A stretch of 64,000 nt of DNA. Origin: an uncultured delta proteobacterium (lineage in GTDB: Bacteria > Desulfobacterota > Binatia > UBA9968). Positions within the stretch are counted from its first letter, which is position 1. The number at the start of each line of letters is the position of its first letter. The translations under genes were made by a program, and so were the position numbers. The notes below the pieces were generated by a model, which did no database searches, was not told where the DNA came from, and worked only from the letters and a program-made list of their open reading frames with translations. The stretch spans positions 96,001 to 160,000 of the forward strand of contig CAVXEP010000002.1 in NCBI GenBank assembly GCA_963760795.1, written 5' to 3'. Shown here piece by piece: positions 31,067 to 40,387 of the stretch.

Positions 31067-32857
31067 TTATTTTACTAGCCGAAACTTTCGCTCTTCTTCG
31101 TGAAGTCCGAACTGAGTTTGATAAAGCGAGGCGAACGGGCCACGCTTGCGCAGCAACTCGGTAAAACTTCCTTGTTCAACAATCTGGCCGTCACGGATAA
31201 CCAGGATCAGGTCGGCTTGCCGTACGGTGGAGAGACGGTGGGCGATAATGAAGGTCGTCCGGCCAGCCATTAAATGCTCCAGACCCTCCATTATGAGCGC
31301 CTCGGTCTCCGAATCGACGGACGATGTGGGCTCGTCGAGAATTAGGATCGGAGCATTGAGCAAGATCCCGCGCGCGATAGTGAGGCGTAATTTCTGTCCC
31401 TCCGACAAAGTGGTTCCTTGCTCGCTCACCACAGTGTCATATTTGTCGGGGAGTTGTTGGACAAAGTCGTGAACCTGAGCCACCTGTGCTGCAGAGACGA
31501 TTTCTTCGAAAGAAGCGTCGGGCCGACCATAGGCGATGTTTTCGCGAATGGTGAGAGGAAACACGACAGGTGGCTGAAGAATCATAGCGATTTCGCGTCG
31601 TAGGGACTTCAGCTGGAACTCGCGAATATCGACGCCGTCGATCTTCACGCGGCCCGATTGCGGGTCGTAGAAGCGCGGCAGGAGACCCACTAACGTCGAC
31701 TTTCCCGCACCGGTCGGACCGACGATTGCAATCTTCTTTCCCGCCGCTACGCGAAGGTTAATCTTCTTTAGAACGGGCCGTGATCCGTCATAACCAAATG
31801 AAACGTCTTCGAACGAAATCTGTCCTCGTGCTCCTAGCGGCCGGAAGACTCTAGAACCGTCCGGCAAGCTCTCCTCGGACTCTAAAATCTCAAATGCCCT
31901 GCGCACGCCCACCTTTGCGCTCTGAACCAAACCGTAAGTTTGGAAGATACTGTTGAGCGGGCCATAGAGGGAGGCAAGATAGGAAGTGAAGATGACGATT
32001 TCGCCTATCGAAAGATCGCCCGTCAAAACGCGCCGAGCACCCAGCCACAAAATGGTGGCAGTTCCAGCAGCGATCGTTAAGTTTACCACCGCATAATAGA
32101 AATTTTGTAGGTTATATAAGCGCAATTCGGCTGCCAGGCTCTCCGTGCTGGCCTGGAGAAAGCGCCGCTCCTCGTCTTCTTCCTTTGTAAAAGCCTGGAT
32201 CACGCGGATTCCCGATAGGGTTCGCTGAACCACAGAATAAACCGTGCTTCCCTTCTGACGAGCATCAGTTGCGGCCGAAGAGATTTTTTTATTCAAAAGC
32301 GCTATTGCACAGAAGAGCGCTGGACACACGGCCATAGCCAGAAGTGTCAGATACCAATCGACCCAAAGCATGACTAGCAACATTCCGGTCAAGAGAACTG
32401 AAGCAGAGAGGATGGCAAAAAGTCCGTTCATCGTGAGCGTCTGGATTCCCATTGTATCGGCGGTAATGCGATACATAAGATCGCCGATTTGCTGTCGGCG
32501 GTGGAAAGACAGGGAGAGGCGTTGAATATGGCTATAGAGGTCGCGACGAAGATCGTTGACCATGCTTTGGCCAATTCGGATAGTCGTGAAATCGTTGAGC
32601 AGTCGCAGCCCTCCTAAAAGCAGATAAACAACAACCAAGCCAATGCAAGCCCCCACGAGAAGGCTCTCGGAAGACCAGCCAGGAGCCAATCCCCAGGGCA
32701 CAGGACTGCCGCTCAGGACATTGTCAATAATGATTTTAAGCGGCCAGGGCTTTAGCAGCTCCAGCGCGCTGATGAAGAAAAGCTGACCCAGAGCGACACT
32801 GAAGGTTAGCCAATAAGGTTTCAGATAAGAACGAACGGTGCGTTTCATCAGCGGCAT
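31067..32857 (-). CDS. ABC exporter, fused permease/ATPase (MsbA-like)
   Basis: Walker A GPTGAGKS, signature LSEGQKLR, ILILDEPTSS, AHRLST. Confidence 0.92.
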   Translation of the reverse strand: MPLMKRTVRSYLKPYWLTFSVALGQLFFISALELLKPWPLKIIIDNVLSGSPVPWGLAPGWSSESLLVGACIGLVVVYLLLGGLRLLNDFTTIRIGQSMVNDLRRDLYSHIQRLSLSFHRRQQIGDLMYRITADTMGIQTLTMNGLFAILSASVLLTGMLLVMLWVDWYLTLLAMAVCPALFCAIALLNKKISSAATDARQKGSTVYSVVQRTLSGIRVIQAFTKEEDEERRFLQASTESLAAELRLYNLQNFYYAVVNLTIAAGTATILWLGARRVLTGDLSIGEIVIFTSYLASLYGPLNSIFQTYGLVQSAKVGVRRAFEILESEESLPDGSRVFRPLGARGQISFEDVSFGYDGSRPVLKKINLRVAAGKKIAIVGPTGAGKSTLVGLLPRFYDPQSGRVKIDGVDIREFQLKSLRREIAMILQPPVVFPLTIRENIAYGRPDASFEEIVSAAQVAQVHDFVQQLPDKYDTVVSEQGTTLSEGQKLRLTIARGILLNAPILILDEPTSSVDSETEALIMEGLEHLMAGRTTFIIAHRLSTVRQADLILVIRDGQIVEQGSFTELLRKRGPFASLYQTQFGLHEEERKFRLVK

Positions 32858-32861
32858 CTCC

Positions 32862-35456
32862 TCACGACGCTTCTTCCGGTGATTTTTCGACCGGCACGAA
32901 GTCCAACTTGTGCGCAACGGATTCGAGAACGTGATAGAGGATGTGTCCGAGGCGAAACTTCTGATAGATTATGGCGCTGGCGTGAGCCCACCCGATAAAA
33001 GCGGTCGCGGCGGCGATCTTCGGCAATGCCAGAGCGACGGCGATACCGGCTACGACTAGATAGAAGTAAAGAAACGTAATCGAGATTCGCGACATCCGAA
33101 GCGCGCAGCGGACTCTGAGGACTCGTTTACTGCCACCGTGGTTTTCCGTCGCTGTTTTGATTTGGGCTTTGGCCCAAGGCCCCTGGCAAATTTCCAAATC
33201 CCACTGGCTCCAGCCCTGGTCCATGGCAATGAGATATTTGCGCGGCAAGAGGAACTCCATCATGGAATGGAGCAAACTCTCTTTTTCCTGTCCTTCCTCG
33301 TTCCAGTAGGACAAATAGAACGCGCGCTCATGCCATTGAATTCGCGGATCCTGCGTCGGCCCGTTAAGGTCGACCGGCTTGACTTCACGCAACCTGCGCA
33401 GGCGCCAGCGGTAGCGCTCGAATGTTCGGATCGGCGGTCCCAAGTAGATCAGAGAAGCGATCAGAAGAGTGGCCGGCAAGCCACGGAATTGCGGAGTGAT
33501 GCGGGCCTTGATCGCGCTTGCCAGGCAGCGACTGACCGTGAGGAGGAACGGAATCGCTCCGAGCACGAACCATCCGCCAAAAAGAAACGCGCACGCCAGC
33601 AGCACAATGGAAAGCACGTTCCATTCGAGCGTGAGTGGCAGGCAGGAAAGCACAGAGGGAGGGGGTTGATAGAGGGTTTGAAAAAGGCCACGGCCGAAAA
33701 CTCCCGAATAGATTCTCGGTTGACGGCTGGACAGATAAGAAGACAGGTCGCCATAAATTCTGCCGAACCAGCGCGATTGCCCGAGCACATTAAACCGGCA
33801 CGGATGTTTAAAGAAGAGGAGAGTTTCAGCTTTGCCGTAGCCGCGCTGCTGCTTTAAGTAATCGCGAACCGTGTTGCGGCGAAAGTGCCAGACTACTGCG
33901 GCCGGACTAAAGCCGATCTTGTAACCCTTGTTCTGAAGCCGCCAGCACAGATCGACATCATCGCCGGCGGCGCGAAAAATCGGATCAAATCCGTTGATCG
34001 CATCCAAGGCTTCGCGGCGAAACGCCATATTGCAGCCCGGGATATGCTCGGCCTCTTCATCGTCCAACAAAACGTGAGCCGGAGCCCCCGGCGAGACCGC
34101 GACGCAAGATGCGACGAATGAATCGTCAGGCGGCGACAGATTCGGCCCACCGACGGCGGCAAACTCAGATGCCTGGAACCGGGCCACGAGATGGGTGAGC
34201 CAATCCTCATCGGCAACGCAATCGGCGTCCGTAAATGCGATAATTTCGCCGCGCGCGGCGTCGATACCGACGTTGCGCGCAGCGCTCAAACCCTGATTTT
34301 CTTGGTTAATAAGGCGAATGTGGTCGTAGCTCTCGGCAACTTGCAGCGTACCATCGGTTGAGCCGTCATTGACGACAACAACTTCGTAATTGGGGTAATT
34401 GAGTTTCTCCAGCGAAGCGAGACAATCATTGATCGTTCGCTCGCCATTATACACGCAAACGATAACCGAGACCTTGGGATAGGCGCGAAGAGGCGGCGGC
34501 AGCACACCGCCATAGAATTGTTTCACCGAAAAAAACGCGGGCTTCTTGCGACGGCTGCGATCGACCAAGCCAAAGGCCCAGTCGTTGACCTGAAACCCGC
34601 CATCTCCTGAGGCGTACCAATCGTCAGTCCAAGAAAAGATCACCGTGCCGGCTACGCCGGTCTCAAAACAGGCGCGAACTTGCCAACCAAGAGTTTCCGC
34701 TTGAAACGCGTTTCCTTGGCGAATCGAATCGATACCAATCTCGGTAAGAATGAGCGGCCGATCGCCCGCCAAGTTGTGAAGGTGCGACAGGTAACGACGG
34801 AAGTCGCTCTCCCGGTGTAGATAAACGTTGAAGGCCAGAAAGTCGGCAAAATCCGTTTGGAGGTATTCAGTGGAAGGAAAATTAGCGTAGCTTACGAAGG
34901 CTTCAGGATCGACGCTTTTGACGCAATCCATCAATTCACCAAGAAAGGTGCGTACCTTGTTGCCGCCGTACCAACGGACGATTTCCGGTGGAATTTCGTT
35001 GCCGACCAAATAAGCGAAGACCGCGGCGTGACGAGCGCATGAGGCCACGTCGCGTGCGACGCTTGCGCGAATGTCCGCTTGAGTTCGACGAGAATCGAGG
35101 AAAGATATGTGCTGAGCCCACGGAATGCCGACGATGACCCTGAGATCGTACAAGTAGGCCAGATCGAGGAGCCAATTTGGCGGTGGTGTGAAGGTTCGAA
35201 TGCAATTGACGCCAAGCTCGCTCATCGCCGCAAAATCTGTTTCGACAAGATCAGAATCCGGGAACGGTACCCCCGCCTGAGTGGGCGCAAAGGGCCCGTA
35301 TGTAACTCCCTTCAAGAAAAACTTTTGATTATTTTGAAAGAAATACCGGCCCCGCAGGGAAAGTCTCTCTCTTGAAGTCTTGCGTGGGCGAGAAAATTTT
35401 GCGACTGAAGGAATCGACCTGTTTTGGGTGAATTCCCCTTCTGTCAAATACATCAC
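32862..35456 (-). CDS. GH2-like TIM barrel + GT2 glycosyltransferase + membrane/C-terminal domain fusion
   Basis: KGVTYGPF, LVGNEIP, ILTEIG (clan GH-A pattern); VSVIVCVYN, VVNDGSTD, FTDADC, GDDVDLCWR, QQRGY (GT2). Confidence 0.85.
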   Translation of the reverse strand: MMYLTEGEFTQNRSIPSVAKFSRPRKTSRERLSLRGRYFFQNNQKFFLKGVTYGPFAPTQAGVPFPDSDLVETDFAAMSELGVNCIRTFTPPPNWLLDLAYLYDLRVIVGIPWAQHISFLDSRRTQADIRASVARDVASCARHAAVFAYLVGNEIPPEIVRWYGGNKVRTFLGELMDCVKSVDPEAFVSYANFPSTEYLQTDFADFLAFNVYLHRESDFRRYLSHLHNLAGDRPLILTEIGIDSIRQGNAFQAETLGWQVRACFETGVAGTVIFSWTDDWYASGDGGFQVNDWAFGLVDRSRRKKPAFFSVKQFYGGVLPPPLRAYPKVSVIVCVYNGERTINDCLASLEKLNYPNYEVVVVNDGSTDGTLQVAESYDHIRLINQENQGLSAARNVGIDAARGEIIAFTDADCVADEDWLTHLVARFQASEFAAVGGPNLSPPDDSFVASCVAVSPGAPAHVLLDDEEAEHIPGCNMAFRREALDAINGFDPIFRAAGDDVDLCWRLQNKGYKIGFSPAAVVWHFRRNTVRDYLKQQRGYGKAETLLFFKHPCRFNVLGQSRWFGRIYGDLSSYLSSRQPRIYSGVFGRGLFQTLYQPPPSVLSCLPLTLEWNVLSIVLLACAFLFGGWFVLGAIPFLLTVSRCLASAIKARITPQFRGLPATLLIASLIYLGPPIRTFERYRWRLRRLREVKPVDLNGPTQDPRIQWHERAFYLSYWNEEGQEKESLLHSMMEFLLPRKYLIAMDQGWSQWDLEICQGPWAKAQIKTATENHGGSKRVLRVRCALRMSRISITFLYFYLVVAGIAVALALPKIAAATAFIGWAHASAIIYQKFRLGHILYHVLESVAHKLDFVPVEKSPEEAS

Positions 35457-35496
35457 ATCCCCCAGTCTAAAATGGCTTGAATGTCGCTAGGACTCC

Positions 35497-35511
35497 GCAA
35501 CAATGGTGCCA
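35497..35511 (-). promoter_or_regulatory. Sigma54 (-24/-12) promoter of the glycosylation operon
   Basis: Minus strand TGGCAC-CATTG-TTGC, an exact consensus about 40 bp upstream of the GT2 fusion start. Confidence 0.65.
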
Positions 35512-35985
35512 TGCTCCCTAGAATCTATTTTATCGTGATATTACGGGCGTTTGATTCGATCGAGATAGTAGACAATGTGTTTTCTGAAGGCTTTATCCTG
35601 CTCTGAGTGTGGAGGAATTCCTGCTCGCTGGCGGCATGAATAACGTCGGGCTGATCGGCTCACCTTCACAAAGAGCCGATCGCCGTAGCAAGCAATGGAA
35701 TAATGAAAACAGATTAAAAGAAAAAAGCGCGGGGGTTTATTGTTGCGGCTCGGAATTGAATCGGGAACAGGCTAGTGCCTCATAGTGATGCAATCTTATC
35801 CAACAACGCCGTAACTTATGTTTTACGTCGAACAAGCAGGCAAGGAACGTCAACCAACACCGGGTGGTCTTTTGCTACACGAGCGGAGCCTATTTGTCCA
35901 GAATCAATTGCGCAACGTGACCGCCACGGACAGCGAAGAATGAGGCGACTCAATAGTCATGGGTGACGCCAATCGCCGTCCCCAC

Positions 35986-36450
35986 CTACCGCGCCTTCAC
36001 CGCCCGTTTCCCATGACTATCCTGGGGCACGCCGCGCGCCAGCGACATATGTGAATGCACGCCGAGCCAGCGCCCGTCCGATTGCCGCACCAGCACGATT
36101 GTCGCGCGTCCCGGCCGTTCAAAAGACGCTCCGTTCGCATGGAAGCCGGTGCTAGTCCAGGGCGCGATCGCGACCGCTAGCACGCCGTCTGGGGAAATCA
36201 TGACCATGGTGCTTGCCAGATCGAAGCGGAACTCCGCAGTGCGCGGCCAAACGTTAGCCCACTGCTTCTCGGTCCAGCCTGACAGGCTTTTCACCAGCTC
36301 TTGGTAAGTGCCAAAGATGACGATGTCGGGGTGCCAAAAGGGGCGGGCCGCCGCGTAATCCACCTCCCGGACACAGACAGCGAAGCGATCAAGCCAATCG
36401 CGGACCTCTACCGCGGTCGCGGCATCGGCCTCTGGTAGCGGAAAGTTCAT
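35986..36450 (-). CDS. NTF2/SnoaL-like protein
   Basis: RPGRATIVL..DGRWLGVHSHMS; small alpha/beta protein. Confidence 0.8.
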   Translation of the reverse strand: MNFPLPEADAATAVEVRDWLDRFAVCVREVDYAAARPFWHPDIVIFGTYQELVKSLSGWTEKQWANVWPRTAEFRFDLASTMVMISPDGVLAVAIAPWTSTGFHANGASFERPGRATIVLVRQSDGRWLGVHSHMSLARGVPQDSHGKRAVKAR

Positions 36451-36547
36451 CTTACGCCGTGCAAATAATACGTCCTGTCACAATTCTGTATAAATTTATT
36501 GCCGCGATCCCATTGTCTTTTCAGCACGAAGAAAACGAGAGCCAAGA

Positions 36548-36645
36548 GGCGAGTTTCAAACCCGCCTACAACTTCGATTCTTTTGCGCTCTTTGCGTTCT
36601 ATGCGGCCATTCTCCTTTTCGCTTGCCGCTTCACCGCGCGGGATC
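36548..36645. repeat. Composite intergenic repeat (REP + TTTGCG module + GCCGC module)
   Basis: GGCGAGTTTCAAACCCGCCTAC then TTTGCGCTCTTTGCGTTCTATGCGGCCATTCT; same layout at 38382 and 54421. Confidence 0.75.
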
Positions 36646-36658
36646 TTTCCGGCGAATA

Positions 36659-37711
36659 CTATTGTGCAAGCATTTTCTTCGCGCGCTCGATGACCTCCGG
36701 CGGGGAATCGAAGATTTCTTTGACCAGCGCTTCAAGATCTTCTCCGGAGGTCGTCTCGACGTCCATCCGGCCCTTTTTCGCTTCGGCCAACGCCTCGGGA
36801 TCGCTCATGGTCTTGAGAAAGGCCTCGCGCAAAATTTTCACTCGGTCGGCTGGCGTTCCCGGCGTCACCATGATCGGCCGGCCAAAATCTCCCGAGGCCA
36901 GTAGAATTTGCGCGACACGGCGGCTATTGGCCGGGACTTTATACTGCTCGAAGATCTCGTTAAGTGTCGGCGTGTCCGCTGCGCTTGAATCGCGCTTGCG
37001 CGCAGTCTGGACGAGATGGCGGTCAAAATTCTTCTTATGCCACGAGTCGAAGGGCTCGCGGCCGAAATGCGCCGATAAACTATGGGCGCGGCAAATCACC
37101 TCGCCCTTTTCCACCGCGATATCGATCTCGCTGCCGCCGGCGTATCCCAACACGCTGTTGAACTTCGCGCCGACCGTGTCTTCGAGAATTTTCGATAGAA
37201 TGTAATCTGTGCTGGCCGTCCCTGTGCTGCCGCATTTGGGCGCTTCCTTAGCCTTGATCACATCCGCGATGGATTTGTAGGGCGCATCGGCGCGCATGTA
37301 GAAGATATTCGATTCGATCGCCGGAGAGCCGATGAAATGAAACTTGCGCAAATCATATTGCGCCTCGGCGCGGCCGACGAACTGGTCGACGTAGATACCG
37401 TTGAGAGGCATACCCAGGGTGAGACCGTCCGGCTTGGCCACTTTGTACACGTGGTTGGCGGCGATCACCGAGCCGGCACCCGCCATGATCTGCACGATCA
37501 TCTCCGGCTGTCCGGGAATATGCTTGACCATATGTCGGGCAAGGAGGCGAGCCCAACGGTCGTAGAACCCGCCGGCCGTCGAGCCGACGACGATGCGAAT
37601 CGTTTTGCCCTTGTAGAACGGTTCGGCTTGGGAGCGGAGTTCCGGCACGACGCCGGCAAGAAAACTGGTCAGGGAGAGAATCGACACCAACCCAATGTTG
37701 AGTTTTTTCAT
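36659..37711 (-). CDS. Tripartite tricarboxylate transporter substrate-binding protein (TctC/Bug family)
   Basis: FYKGKTIRIVVGSTAGGFYD, MAGAGSVIAAN, AKPDGLT, GYAGG, PGTPADRVKILREAF. Confidence 0.9.
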   Translation of the reverse strand: MKKLNIGLVSILSLTSFLAGVVPELRSQAEPFYKGKTIRIVVGSTAGGFYDRWARLLARHMVKHIPGQPEMIVQIMAGAGSVIAANHVYKVAKPDGLTLGMPLNGIYVDQFVGRAEAQYDLRKFHFIGSPAIESNIFYMRADAPYKSIADVIKAKEAPKCGSTGTASTDYILSKILEDTVGAKFNSVLGYAGGSEIDIAVEKGEVICRAHSLSAHFGREPFDSWHKKNFDRHLVQTARKRDSSAADTPTLNEIFEQYKVPANSRRVAQILLASGDFGRPIMVTPGTPADRVKILREAFLKTMSDPEALAEAKKGRMDVETTSGEDLEALVKEIFDSPPEVIERAKKMLAQ

Positions 37712-37841
37712 GACGGTCTCCTTTCGCTGGCCCGATCATTAAAGTGGTTAACGTCAGCCGACCCCGAGAGCAATCGTCAATCGAATTGGCCCCTTAGTAT
37801 CGCAGCCAATCTGGTTTGTCCATGATCAAGTCTTGCGCAAA

Positions 37842-38297
37842 TCAGGACTCCCCATTGAACGCGATAGTCGTCGCGCCGGTGGGATCAGAAAGACTGGCGA
37901 TGATTTCCGCCGGCACGGCTTGGGCTTTGATCTCTCCCGCACGCTCGGGATGGGGCGCGACCCAAACGCGCTTCTCAAAGCCATCGAGCGCGAGCTCGCC
38001 TGCTTTGACAATCCGATGGCGCACCGTGAAGCTCGAACGGCCCCACTCGCCCACTTCGCTTTCGACGACGATCTCGTCGTCGAAGCGGCAAGGCATGAGG
38101 AAACGCGCTCCAACCTCGACCACCGGCATGCCGACGATGCGGTATTTCTTGCGCATTGCCGAAGGCGTCAAGCCGGTGCGCTCGAAGAGCCAGCCCGTGC
38201 TGCTGTCGAAGATGATCAAATACTGCGGATAAAATACGATGCCGGCTGGATCGCACTGGCCCCACTCGATGCGCAGGGTGCGGCGGTTCACTAGCAT
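37842..38297 (-). CDS. 4-hydroxybenzoyl-CoA-type (hotdog) thioesterase
   Basis: IEWGQCDPAGIVFYPQY. Confidence 0.9.
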   Translation of the reverse strand: MLVNRRTLRIEWGQCDPAGIVFYPQYLIIFDSSTGWLFERTGLTPSAMRKKYRIVGMPVVEVGARFLMPCRFDDEIVVESEVGEWGRSSFTVRHRIVKAGELALDGFEKRVWVAPHPERAGEIKAQAVPAEIIASLSDPTGATTIAFNGES

Positions 38298-38381
38298 TGC
38301 CTAGCCCATTTCATATCAGTGAAGCGAACTTTCATTCTCGCGCCTAGCCTGGCCAAGTCCTGAATTCCCAACGAACCACGA

Positions 38382-38455
38382 GGGCGGTTTTCAAACCCGC
38401 CTTTACAAGTCCCAATCCTTATTTTTCGAACTTTGCGTTCTTTGCGGCCATTCTT
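38382..38455. repeat. Composite intergenic repeat copy
   Basis: GGGCGGTTTTCAAACCCGCCTTTAC...TTTGCGTTCTTTGCGGCCATTCT. Confidence 0.75.
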
Positions 38456-38466
38456 TGTTTCAGCGC

Positions 38467-40182
38467 TTACGCCGAACAAATAATATTGATAACGGCCTGG
38501 CGTTTTTCGACATTCACCGCTTTGAGGCCGCGCTCGAGGGCCGGTATCACGTCACTCGCCTCGGTGACTTTTTCGCCGTAACCGTCGGCGACCTCCACCG
38601 CTTTTTGGTAATTCGAGATACTGTCTAGGAAAGTGATCGGCTGCTTTTGGCTCTTGGCGGCGTAGCCCTCCTTGGTCATGTCGACGGTGGCGCGGCGCAC
38701 CGCTTGCCAGCGCTGGTTGTTGAACAGCACGGTCAACACCGGCAGTTCCTGCTCGGCGCCGACATAGTGGGCCGAGATCGGATTGCCGAACATGTAGGAG
38801 CCGTCGCCGTGGGTGCCGATCACCAACCGGTCGCGGGCGGCGAGCTTGGCGCCGAGCGCGCAGCCCAAGCCGTGGCCGAGCCCGGAGGCGGCGCCGGCGT
38901 TGAACATGGTCCCCGGTTGGGAGAAGTCAATATACTCCGGCGCCAGGGGCGACTCTTTGATGACGATGGTGTCTTTGGTTTTGATCTCATCGATGCAGTG
39001 GGTGATCCAGGCGGGGTGGATCGGCGACTGGCCTTTGACCTCGGCGAGTTTTTTGCTCCAGCCGTCGCGCAGCGCTTGCCAGCTCAGCGCCAGCGCCGCC
39101 CGGCGCTTGTCGATGCGCAGCTTCGCCCGCGCTTCATGCTCGGCCATGGATTCGTTGAGCACGCGCAATCCCTCGGCGGTGGCGCAGGCGAGCGCGATGT
39201 CGCAGGGATGGCCGCGCACCGGCACGTAGCCGTGCAGCGGATCGGCGCCCATGTGAATGACTTTCGCGTCGTCGCGCACTTTGTCGGTGGCCGGCAACCA
39301 GGGCACGGCGATATCGATGGCGAGGATTACGTCGGCGCTTTGCAACAGCGGTTTTAGCTCGTAGCCCAAATTCATCGGATGGTTGCTGGCTATCGACATG
39401 TAACGGTTGCGATACTGGATCACCGGGATCGCGTAACGTTCGGCGAACTCGCCGAGCGCGGTCCACGCCTTGGGATCCCGGCCGGCGCAATTGGTGATGA
39501 TCAGGGGATTTTCCGCGGCGGCCAAGAGCGCCGCCACTTCTTCGACGGCATCGCCATTGGGAGAAGCCGGCGCAGCGGCATGTTGGCGCGACGGCGTCGT
39601 GTAAGTGAACTCGCTCATCTTATGCGCCAGCACCTCGCGCGGCAGCGATAGATAGACCGGCCCCATGGGCTCGCTCTTGGCGATGCTCAGCGCCCGGTCG
39701 ACCACGGTTTCCAATTGCTGGCCGTTGCGCAGCTCATAGTCCCACTTCACCGACTCGCGCAGCATGCCGGCCTGATCGAACATCTCCTGGGTCCAGTGGA
39801 TGTCCAGGCTGCGGTGTCCGTCCAAGCCGTCTTCGTTGGTCGGCGTGCGCCCGGCGGTAAACAGCATCGGCACATGGCCGCGGGCGGCGTTGAGCAAGCC
39901 GTTCATGCCGTTGGCGGTGCCGACGTTGACGTGGACCATGACCGCCTGCGGTTTACCGGTGACGAGATAGTAACCGATGGCCATGTGCATGGCGGTATTC
40001 TCGTGGGGACAGGTGATCGCCGTCGGCACCCGGGTTTCCAACACCTGCGCCTTGGCCAGCGATTCGACCACCGGCGCGAAATCGGTTCCGGCGTTGGCGA
40101 ACCAGTAATCGATGCCGCGATCGGCGAGCAACGCCAAGTAGGCATCGGAGACGGTAACGTTGTTCAGCGTAATCTTTGCCAT
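38467..40182 (-). CDS. Thiamine-diphosphate-dependent enzyme (benzoylformate decarboxylase/ALS-like family)
   Basis: FANAGTDF, PHE, VHVNVGTAN and TPP-binding GDGSYMF...NN motifs. Confidence 0.9.
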   Translation of the reverse strand: MAKITLNNVTVSDAYLALLADRGIDYWFANAGTDFAPVVESLAKAQVLETRVPTAITCPHENTAMHMAIGYYLVTGKPQAVMVHVNVGTANGMNGLLNAARGHVPMLFTAGRTPTNEDGLDGHRSLDIHWTQEMFDQAGMLRESVKWDYELRNGQQLETVVDRALSIAKSEPMGPVYLSLPREVLAHKMSEFTYTTPSRQHAAAPASPNGDAVEEVAALLAAAENPLIITNCAGRDPKAWTALGEFAERYAIPVIQYRNRYMSIASNHPMNLGYELKPLLQSADVILAIDIAVPWLPATDKVRDDAKVIHMGADPLHGYVPVRGHPCDIALACATAEGLRVLNESMAEHEARAKLRIDKRRAALALSWQALRDGWSKKLAEVKGQSPIHPAWITHCIDEIKTKDTIVIKESPLAPEYIDFSQPGTMFNAGAASGLGHGLGCALGAKLAARDRLVIGTHGDGSYMFGNPISAHYVGAEQELPVLTVLFNNQRWQAVRRATVDMTKEGYAAKSQKQPITFLDSISNYQKAVEVADGYGEKVTEASDVIPALERGLKAVNVEKRQAVINIICSA

Positions 40183-40387
40183 GAGCTAAGCCCCTTTCCG
40201 GAAATCCTGCTAATTCTTACGGCAGGTGGTGGTCGATTTGCAAAGCTTTTTTTGACGCAAGCAGATTTTTTGGCGAAAACGATAGCGTTGATGGAAGACC
40301 ATGAAAAAGCGACGGAGCCTTCACCGCGTAAAGACTCCGTCGCTCAGCTGTCCGCGGTCTAATTCGCGGAGATTCAATGCCGCCTGG

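Larger units (their letters stand above)
21309..36622. mobile_element. Putative genomic island/accessory block (no integrase seen)
   Basis: Bracketed by the tctC 3'-end duplication; visibly AT-richer; almost free of the host intergenic repeat modules; cargo is DndB-like, ABC and glycosylation genes. Confidence 0.65.

Noticed and set aside
21309-36622. Prophage, ICE or complete phosphorothioation defence island
   Set aside because: No integrase, phage, conjugation or dndCDE/FGH genes recognised
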